The notes beneath the pieces are model-generated. The model was not told the DNA's origin, did no database searches, and saw only the letters and a list, made by a program, of their open reading frames with translations. Of a stretch of 33,519 nucleotides of DNA, positions 22,484 through 31,686 are shown one piece after another. The DNA comes from Saprolegnia diclina VS20 (lineage: Eukaryota): contig NW_008246075.1 of the NCBI RefSeq assembly GCF_000281045.1, forward strand, positions 674,670 to 708,188, written 5' to 3'. Positions within the stretch are counted from its first letter, which is position 1; each line of letters starts with the position of its first letter. Position numbers and translations under genes: made by a program.

Positions 22484-23271
22484 CGCCTGCATCGTAGCCA
22501 CCTGTATGAAGAGAAGTATTTAAGGACATTAATGCGTTGCGACCATGTACTAAGAGTGTAGGTTGCATCCTGTCTACTTTGGTGGTCTCGAGCACTCGTG
22601 GCACCCGATCTTCCTGCCTCCTCGACGCCTAACTGGACGGCGAGTCCGGACAGGCAGTTGTCGAACGGTTGGCGGTAGCCGCGTTAAAATTTCCACGGAC
22701 CAGGACCTTCTCTGGCATCATTGGTGAGGCGCCGACGACGCCATCCCAGTGCCGTGTGTTGACGCAGCAGCGACGCTGCGTCACACACACCATCGCATTT
22801 TGCTGCTGTCATGGCGGGTTGAAGTCAGCTGTATGCATCAACGGTTGAACTCGGCCTATGCAAAACTTTTCGGCAGCACTACTATTCATCAATACGCCTT
22901 GTAGGTGGCCTATCGCTCGTGACGACGCGACGTCCTTCGTTGGTCTTCTGCATTCTCCACAGCGTTCAGTGCTACCTTTGGTATATAGCCACGCACAGCG
23001 AGTGAGGCCATCAGCGGTCGCCCATGTTCGTACACTAATTCCTTTTAGCATCCCACTTCAAGTGCCAAATACCCGTTCGATGCGTCTCGTTAACGATAGC
23101 CGGGCACGATGCCAACAGCGTTGTTCATGTTGATATCGTGTGTACCCATGCGGCACCCGTACTTGAGCTCTGCTCTTGCCGACCCTGACGTCGCTGAGGT
23201 TCCTGCACCACACTATATATCCAGTTCTAATCATACACTATTTACAGTCTAGAAAGTGCAATCTGTTGGTG

Positions 23272-25111
23272 ATGTCGGCCGCAGCCAAGCTGAGCGCGTG
23301 GGAGGTGTGCATTGGTCTCGAGATCCATGCGCAGATCCAGTCAGTCTCCAAGCTCTTCTCTGGTGCGAGCGCAGCGACGAAAGGCTCGCTCGTGCCCAAC
23401 ACGCGCGTCTCGTTCTTCGACGCCGCCCTGCCTGGCACACTCCCGAGCGTGAACGTTGCCTGCGTGCAGCAAGCCGTGCGCACGGCCCGCGCGCTCCAGA
23501 GCGACGTCCAGCTGCGCAGCGTCTTTGAGCGCAAGCATTACTTCTACTGCGATCTCCCGCTCGGGTACCAGATCACGCAGCAGCGCGCGCCGATCGCAAC
23601 CAACGGCGTGCTCAAGTTCCAGGTCCAGGAAGCGACGCCGGTCGTGCAGACCAACTTTACGAGCCGAAAGGAGAAAAACGCCGCGTCGAAGAAGGCAGCG
23701 ACCAAGGCCGATGACGAGTGGGTCGAGAAGAGCGTGCGGATCAACCGCATCCAGATCGAGCAGGACTCGGGGAAGAGCATCCACACGCTGGACGCGACGC
23801 ACGTCGACCTCAACCGCGCAGGCACGGGCCTCATGGAGATCGTCTTTGAGCCGGATCTTCGCAGCGCGGCCGAGGCCGGCCAGGTGCTCCGCGAGGTGCA
23901 GCACTTGCTGCGGCACATTGGCACGTGCGACGGCAACATGGAGGAGGGTTCGATGCGCTGCGACCTCAACGTGAGCGTGCGGCCCAAGCCAAGCACACTG
24001 GAAGAAGAGACGAGCATTCCATTTGGCGAGCGGGTCGAAGTCAAGAACATGAACAGCATCAAGAACCTCGTCAAGGCCGTCGAGTACGAGATGGAGCGCC
24101 AGGTTGACCACATTCTCGCCACGGGCACGAGCATCACCAAGGAAACGCGCACGTTTGATGCGGCGACAGGCATGACGGTATGACCTTGCGGATGGATGAC
24201 GTGGATATGCAATATGGACGAACTAGAAACGCATGCGCACCAAGGAAGGTGCCAAGGACTACCGGTTCTTCCCCGAGCCGGACCTTCCGCCGCTCGTGAT
24301 TACGCCGGCGTTTGTCGACGACGCACTTGTGACGTTGCCAGAGCTACCAGAAAAGATGAAGGCGCGGCTCCGCGCGACGTACGGTCTCTCGGCCTACGAA
24401 GCGTCGGTCCTTGTACGTCAACATATTCTCTATGGACGTCGCATGACCATACCGCAGGTGCTTACGCCGTCGGCCGTGGACTTTTTCGAAGCCGTTTGCG
24501 CGGTTAGCTCGCGACCGCACAAGCTCGTGGCCAACTGGGTGCTGAACGACCTCTTCTCGCTCCTCAAAGGTACTACTGTTTTAGCATCCGACCAATCTCA
24601 AATCCGTACGCCCTGTGTGTAGCAACCAACGCGGGCATTGCTGAGAGTACCGTGTCGCCCGACCGTCTTGGGCAGCTCGTAGATCTCATCGTTGACGAGA
24701 CGCTTTCGGGCAAAATGGCCAAGGTCCCCTTATTTTATTTTATTGAAAAGGGTTGGATAATGGTGGATGTAGGAACTTATCGAGCTCATGTACTACGAAG
24801 ACAGCCGACCGGCCGCGACAATTGTGCAGGAGAAGGGCTGGGCGCAGATCACGGATGTGGCCGAGCTCACGCGCTACTGCCAAGCCGTGCTCGCCGAGCC
24901 TGTACACATCGAATCCCAGTGAAGAGGATCGCTCATATGCTGCTATTTCGTCTAGAAAAACCAAAAAAATGTCGCAGCGTACCGCGGCGGGAAGGCGCAG
25001 CTCTTCGGCTTCTTCATCGGCCAGGTCATGAAGGCGTCCAACGGCCTCGTGCACCCCGAGAAGGTCAACGACATCATGCGGGCGCTCCTTGAGGCGTCCA
25101 CGGACGCTTGA
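23272..25111 (+). CDS. gatB: Glutamyl-tRNA(Gln) amidotransferase subunit B (organellar GatB/PET112); 6 exons
   Basis: Exons 23272-24177, 24227-24412, 24458-24569, 24623-24723, 24773-24901, 24956-25111. Motifs [102 protein letters not shown]. Confidence 0.96.
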
Positions 25112-25195
25112 AGAAATTCATCGCGATAGACATACCATGAAAATGTACACCTTTGTGCAGAGAGTATGCAGACAGTGTTGCGAGTTGCATGTGAA

Positions 25196-26087
25196 TTATG
25201 CTGCAGGTTTGCGCTGAATGCGCAGGAGCTGGATGCCCAGCGGCGCAAAATCGGGAAACGTGGTGTCCGTTGCGATAATCTCGTAGACAAAATGTCGCTT
25301 GAGCTTGTGGAAGAACTTGACTTCGGACTCATGCCGCGGCTTGTACGTGATGAGCGCGATCGCAGACGGCGCCGCCACAAAGTGCCGCAGCGACGACAGA
25401 AGGTCGTCGAACGCTTGCTCATACGGGCACGCAATGATGTCGGCACCGAGGAGCACGTCGCAGGCTTCGATGGCATCAAGCTCCTGACCCCTACGAGCAT
25501 TTTGGTTCGAGACTCTTAATCGATTGTCAATATATGCTGTGAAAATACCACAAATGGACTTTGGCGTCAATGTTTCCCATGCTGTTGTTGGTGATGTTGG
25601 ATTGCGTCAGCGCCACCGACTGCGGGTCGCCGTCCGTAGCCACCACGGTTGAAGCACCTAGCCATCGCAAAGTCGATACCATTGCGTCGTGTCATCGTGG
25701 GTACCGAAGGCGGCGGCCGCAAGCGACACGAGACCTGTGCCGCAGCCGAGCTCGACGACGCGCTTGTTCTGCACAAGCTCAGGCAGTGTGCTGCGACAAG
25801 AGACGTAAGGGTCGAGTGAGATTGAGGTGATCGTATCTGTGCAGGTACAGCGACAGTAAGATGGCGGCTTCGTACACGTGGGCGCCAAAGCCGAGGTTAG
25901 TCCCGCCGCGGCCGTCGGGCTTCCACTGCTGCTGAATCACGATGGCGTGGTCGCCAAAGTGGAAGGTCCGCGTTGGGTCGAGGTGCGTCGCATGGAACGG
26001 ACTAGCATCGTCGTCGGTCGTCTATCGACCGGTACATCGCGGTGCGCACCTGGCGTACGAGAAGGGCACGATGGCGTTCGAGGTCAT
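25196..26087 (-). CDS. Seven-beta-strand protein methyltransferase (METTL21 / Methyltransf_16-like); about 5 exons
   Basis: Spliced product includes IVIQQQW...GFGAHVYEAAILL, motif I KRVVELGCGTGLVSL, post-I VVATD, HLWG, DVLLGADII, YKPRHESEVKFF. Confidence 0.88.
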
Positions 26088-26303
26088 GGTGGCCGACTGC
26101 AAAATGATGCCATTGGCAGAAAAAGAGAGGTGATACGCCACAGGATTGGGCGACTTGAAATGGATCGATGCCATTGGTTAAAATATGTGCGACTGTGATT
26201 GGCGCATATACTCGTTTCTGATTGGTGCTCACTCGTTGTGTCGCGTTTCATTGGCGGAAGGAAGCTGCCTGCTGCATTTTGCAGCGTCCTTTGCATTTGC
26301 CCG
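26088..26303. promoter_or_regulatory. Compact bidirectional promoter with six co-oriented CCAAT boxes
   Basis: 216 bp between divergent ATGs; ATTGG at 26112, 26145, 26173, 26198, 26221, 26250. Confidence 0.7.
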
Positions 26304-26728
26304 ATGTCCAAGTTCGTGACGTCCAAGAAGGAGGTCCTCTCGCTGTACCGCGAGATCATCCGCGTCTCGCGGGCCTTCCAATGGCCCAACGAGCAAGGCC
26401 AGCCGTGGTACGACCCCACATATTCGGTACGCTTCGCTAGCTTATGCACATGCCGTAGGGCCAAGATCCTGCGCGAGAACGCCCGGAAGGAGATTGAACT
26501 GGCCCGCCACGAGACGGTACTCCATGCTACGCGCAAGCTATCGCTTATGCCTTGTGCGTATTAGAACACGGAGAACATTGCGCGCATGCTAGTGGTTGGC
26601 TGGGATTGTCTGCACCAGGTGCAGAGCAAGGTACTCGCATGTCGCCTCTTGTAATTGTAGCTTACCTCGCGTGTTCTATGTAGATGGCGGAGAAGGCCGA
26701 TGAAATGCAAGGCAAGACCAAGGAATAA
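26304..26728 (+). CDS. LYR-motif (Complex1_LYR) small mitochondrial-type protein; 4 exons
   Basis: Spliced over three short GT-AG introns: MSKFVTSKKEVLSLYREIIRVSRAFQWPNEQGQPWAKILRENARKEIELARHETNTENIARMLVVGWDCLHQVQSKMAEKADEMQGKTKE*. Confidence 0.88.
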
Positions 26729-26746
26729 GACGTAATGTAAAACGCG

Positions 26747-27974
26747 CTACTTTAACGTCACGACCCGACTCGAGCGCGGGCGGTTGAGCACGAGGCTGCG
26801 TGCACTGTTCATGCGAAGCGAGCGCGAGCTCGAGTGCAACGTGATGCTCGACAAATGCCGCTTGGATCTGCTGCTGTCAAGCGGCACGATTGCATGCACG
26901 CTGTTGTCTTCAAAGAGACGGTGGCTGCCGCAGTGCAGGAGCCCCAGGAGGACCACGACCACGAGAGATAGGGCCACCAAGGTGACATTGGCCACGAGCG
27001 TCGGAGCCGCGACGCCCAATCCTGGCGGCACAGGGTCCACCTCGTGCGTCGAGCACGCGAGCGTCACGTACTGCGGCACAGCGATTGACGCAGCGAGCAG
27101 CGCCGATGCATACCACCGTAGGCGCGCTGCCCGGGGCCAAAAGGTCATCTACGGTAGCCATCAATCACGAATCCCAGAGTACTTGTGTGCGCGCACAAAT
27201 CGAAAGATGCTCCAGAACGCAACCCACGCTGTACACTGAGTCACACCCGCCGCGAGGCAGAGCACCCACCACGGCGACGTCGTCACCATACCAACCCGCG
27301 CCTGCGTCACGAGAAGGCGGACGGCTGTCACCGTGATCGACCACAAGATGGCCCCGACGGTCACGCATCGGAGGTTGGAGAAGCGCGCTTGATACTGCGT
27401 TGATCGTCAGTTCTTCATATCTCTTTGCGGACCAAGAGCAACGGACCTGGATCTCGCGCTCGGTCTTGCGCTTGTTGAGCATGGCGGAGAGCGTCATTTT
27501 TTCGCCGAGGCCCGCCTGGACATGTGGGACGTTAGCAACTACGATCTGAGAGGTGTAGAAGTACCATGAGCAGCTTGGTTCGCGCCTCCTTCTCCGTGAT
27601 GCAGTAGAAAGGGTCGTCCATCGCGATGTAGGCGCTGGCCATGGCACCGCAGACGCCAACGCCGCATGCGATAAAGAGGCACTGCACGTTGAACTGGAGG
27701 TCGCCCGACTCGAACGACAGCGTTGATGACGCGTTGGCTTGTGCAATGTGAAAACTTAGCACCGCGCCAAAGCCGAGGACAAGGGTGAGTGCGACGAAGA
27801 GCATTTGCTTGAGGAGGCACGGCTTGGTGTAGCGGGACCTGTCGAGCACAAAGAGCGCTATACGAGCTATTCACGACGACGAGCCACCAGGTGGGCGCGA
27901 GTACCCGTGCGGGTGGCGAAGATGAGGACCACAACGGCCGTGGCGACCGCGCCAGCACTCCAGCTCGTGGGCAT
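26747..27974 (-). CDS. Hypothetical multi-pass membrane protein; multi-exon
   Basis: ATG 27974; successive hydrophobic exons (MLFVALTLVLGFGAVLSF, CLFIACGVGVCGAMASAY, VGAILWSITVTAVRLL, WWVLCLAAGVTQCTAWVAFW, LVALSLVVVVLLGLL) separated by short GT-AG introns. No family recognised. Confidence 0.7.
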
Positions 27975-28191
27975 CGCAACTATCAATAACTCCAACTGGG
28001 CTTCAGAATGGTCGTTTGATCACTGTGGACAGTGACATTCCGGACGGTTTCGTCACCAAGCGTCATCGCTCGGCCACCCGCGCCGCATGAGACACGATCG
28101 ACTTTGTGGTGCGAGCAATGGAAATGGCGTGTAAGTGAGTAGTAGTAGTTTAACGTACAAGAAAAGGAAAAACGAAGGAGTCCGAGGGTTG

Positions 28192-31032
28192 TCAAAAGGC
28201 GAGGTTGTACTCGAGAGGCGGTAGGAGCGACGCGACTTGGCACCGGTCGTCTTCCGAGTAGCGCTTCTTGACGACCGTGAGCACGTTGAACTGCGAGCCA
28301 GAGTACACTTCGGTGAGCGTGCCCATGCATTCCTTGAGGTCGTCCCAGTTGTACTGGCACGCGGCTTGGAGCTCCGGTGTCTACACATAGCAATTTTGAG
28401 CGGATGCAAGATGAATTGGGGTACCATCGAGTAGCCATGGACAGCGTAGAGCGCGAGCGAGAGGCAGCACGTCGCCACGACGGACGGCAAAAACTTGAGA
28501 AAGCTGTACTCTTGCAGCGCGAGTTCCGAGAGGTACTGAGCCAGCATCGACGTCTTCTTCTCGAGCGTCACCATGCTGCGCTGGTAAATGTTCAGAAAGT
28601 CGAGTGCTACGTCCAAAATGACTCAAAAATCAACAAAATATGAAAAAATCATACCCGTCGGTACGGCCAGTGTAAAGTTGAGCGTGTTGAGCAGCTGCTC
28701 TTCCATCTGCAGCACTTGCATCGACGTGTACACATTGTCGGCGCACATCGATAGGTCCTCGACGCCAATGTACGACACGTCTTCGCACTTGGAGGCCACG
28801 TGGAGACACGTCGCGCCGAGGAGCTGGAACTTGGTCTTCTTGACCATGACGACGTCAAGGAACCGGTCCGTGTAGTTGACGGCAAGGAAGGCGGTGCGCA
28901 AACACATCTCAAACACGTCGACGACTAGCATCGATGACACATATTGTGAGCGCAGAATTTTGCCGACCAACATGGACCTTCGATAAGCCAGTCGACGAGC
29001 ATCGAACGGTGCAGCGGGCGCAGTGTCTTTTGTCGGCTACGCCCTGTCGTCAGTGCCGTCTACTAGGGTCGTTGTTTGAGTACCTGAGGTACTTGACTTC
29101 TTTGCACAGCTTGAGCTCGGCGTCGCGCAAGTGCGCGTGGAAGAGGTCCATGTACTCGGGGTTGCCTTCGTACTGCCGATGCAGCGTGAACGCCATGTTG
29201 GCCATCGGGATCGACGGGAGGAGGCGCGGGACGCCGCCGGCCGCGGCGTCAAAGTACGGGTGGCGAAGCGCATTCTCCGCCGAGATGCGGGCGTCCGGGT
29301 TGTATGTGAGGAGCTTCCCGAGCAGATCGAGGCCCAAGGGCGAAATGTGGGGAAAGAGGCGATCGAGCGGCCGCGGCTTCCAGTTGGGAAACTCGAAGCG
29401 GTAGTTGGGCAGCGACGTGAACGCGGGCCACGTCGCGGACGTCGGCGTCGAGAGCTTGGAGAAGATTTGGAAGAGCTGGTCAATCTCCGAGATACCGGTG
29501 AAGAGCGGCTTGCCCTGCGCCATTTCCGCAAAGATGCACCCGACGCTCCACACGTCGACGGCCGGTGAGTACTGCTTCTCGCCCATGAGAATCTCGGGCG
29601 GGCGGTACCAGAGCGTCACGACCTCCATCGTGTACTGCCGTCGCGGAATGCCGGTCGCGCGCACGAGCGCAAAGTCCGAGATGCGCAGCGTCGCATTGTC
29701 TATTGCTATATCAGTCAATTTGTTTTCGTAGTCCAAGTACCATAGTTGTCGGGCACATCCGTGTCGATGAGCAAGTGCTTGGGCTTGAGGTTGCGGTGGA
29801 GCACGCCTCGTCGATGGCAGTACGCGATCGCGTCCAGCAGCTGGTGCAGCAGGCGGCGAATCTATCTCGACAGCATGAGAATCCATACATTCGTATCAAT
29901 GTATCAAGTGAACCTGGTGCTCGGGCAAGACGCGGCCGCCATTCGGGTCGCTCGTGGGGTTGATGATCTCATGAAGCGTCTTGTCGACGTACGGAAAGAA
30001 GACGTGGAGCTCGTCTTTCGCAAGGCTGATCATCTCGAGCGACGCAATGTGCGGGTGGTGAATGCCTTGAAGCACCGCCAGCTCCCGGAGCATGTAATAC
30101 GGGACGCCCTCGCCCTTGGGAAACACGCGGGCGCGCTTCATCGCGAGCACCTTCCCGGACGACCGCTGGTAGCACCGATAGCATGTGCCCTCCGTGCCCT
30201 TGTTCTTGATGCCGAGATTGCGAAAGTTGAGCCAATTGATCGTGCCGTCGGGCGTCGTATTGGGCACGTGGCGGTACAAGCTCGTGTGCGACGTGAGCTC
30301 TTGCCAGCGCTTGCTCACGAGCTGCATGTTGTGGAGGTCGTCTGCGCCAATCAAGAAGGAAAAGACGTGCAGAATCATGTCGACGGGCTGCAAGTCAAAG
30401 CCGAGCCGGAGCCCGTCGGGCCGCGCTGTCTCGGTCGCACTGGCCGTCGCTTCGAGCTTGTCGTCGTGCACGTCTTCCATGTCATCGTTGGCCACGGGCG
30501 ACGCAATCACAATTTCGCGACGCACGAGCTTGGTGCTGCGGTGCTCGACGCGCTCTGATGGATCGATGGACAAGAGCATTTCGTCGTCGTCGTCCCTCTC
30601 GGAAAGAAGACGCGCAACGTCCATGTCGTGCTCGCGCTCGCGCTTCCGACGATGCGTAGCCACTGCTTCGGTGCCCGAGCTCGACCGCTGCAGCTCGCCC
30701 GGAGCGTCTGTGGGGAAATAGCCCGCTACCATTGGCGAGTTCCCGTTCGCAGCTGCTTGGCGACTTGCTTGGCTGCGGGGCGTCCCGCCCAGCGCGGCCA
30801 AGAGTACATTCGGGTCCGACGACGGCGTCGAAGAGCTCGACGCGATCGCGACCGGTCCGGGCGACAACGGATTGCTTTGGATCTGCAGCGGCGCAAGCTT
30901 CTTGTGGCGCGGACGTCGGGCGGTTGTGGTGTCTTCCTGGAGCCGCGCAGTGCTGCTATCGGTAGGCGCCGGAGCGCTTCCTCCATGCGCAGCCCAGCTC
31001 GTGCGATCGCTTCTTCCCGGGTCGTCGTCCAT
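28192..31032 (-). CDS. F-box + CDK-like (pseudo)kinase + cyclin A/B-type fusion protein, about 853 aa; 7 exons
   Basis: Exons 31032-29914, 29861-29741, 29705(or 29699)-29084, 29036-28978, 28924-28655, 28606-28425, 28380-28192; all introns GT-AG and 35-53 nt, frame conserved. F-box [16 protein letters not shown]...[12 protein letters not shown] motifs [55 protein letters not shown]. Cyclin box [49 protein letters not shown]; cyclin C-terminal fold [16 protein letters not shown]. Confidence 0.93.
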
Positions 31033-31686
31033 CGTCTTGGTCGGTCGCTGCTCCGTGGCCTCGGAGCTTGAAGGTTGGTTTCTCACACTGCGCAGAGTTT
31101 TTTGTCACCCCAAAATCCGATTGCGTTTAAATCCCATTCGGATGAGTTGCATACAAAGTCTCATAGTAGAAGGCCAAGAATTTGTATTTAATTCGCCGAT
31201 CCGGCTGCATTTTTTTCTTCAGCAGTTTCTATGTTGGATAATAATTTACCCAAACGCCAAAGCTGGATACTAGAACCAAATGGTGCCATCCGAGAATTTT
31301 AAAATAGAACCAAGAGGGTGGAAAACGCCATGTTTAGCCACAAACAGTAGCCCGTAATTGTGGCGTCGCCCGTGCACACCACGCCCAACACGGCGCACTG
31401 GCCCGAGAAGGTCGCACCCAACTTGCCGCCGCGTGACTCGCGATCTCCGCGTCCAGATCTATGCATCCGACCACGACGACTCGACGCACCCAAGCCCCGA
31501 CGACCCTCCGGAACGTGCCCCTCCCAATCCTTGTAGACAGTGCGATTCCAAAGACACGCTGCAGCTACAACCCACAAATGGCTCTGTCAACCCCAAGGAA
31601 TGCTATTACCCACAACTATTACCTTGGTACACGAGAAGACTAGTAACACACTGGTATGAGCACAGGTCGACGCTTCTTGATCGGGC

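Noticed and set aside
22500..23140. Short ORFs and a small hairpin (about 22761-22782) upstream of gatB
   Set aside because: No coding bias or known RNA-gene signature.
28192..29083. Reading the cyclin as a separate gene downstream of a CDK gene (unspliced stop at about 29050)
   Set aside because: That stop lies within a canonical 47-nt intron; the cyclin N-terminal helix is already in the kinase exon, and there is no room for a promoter.
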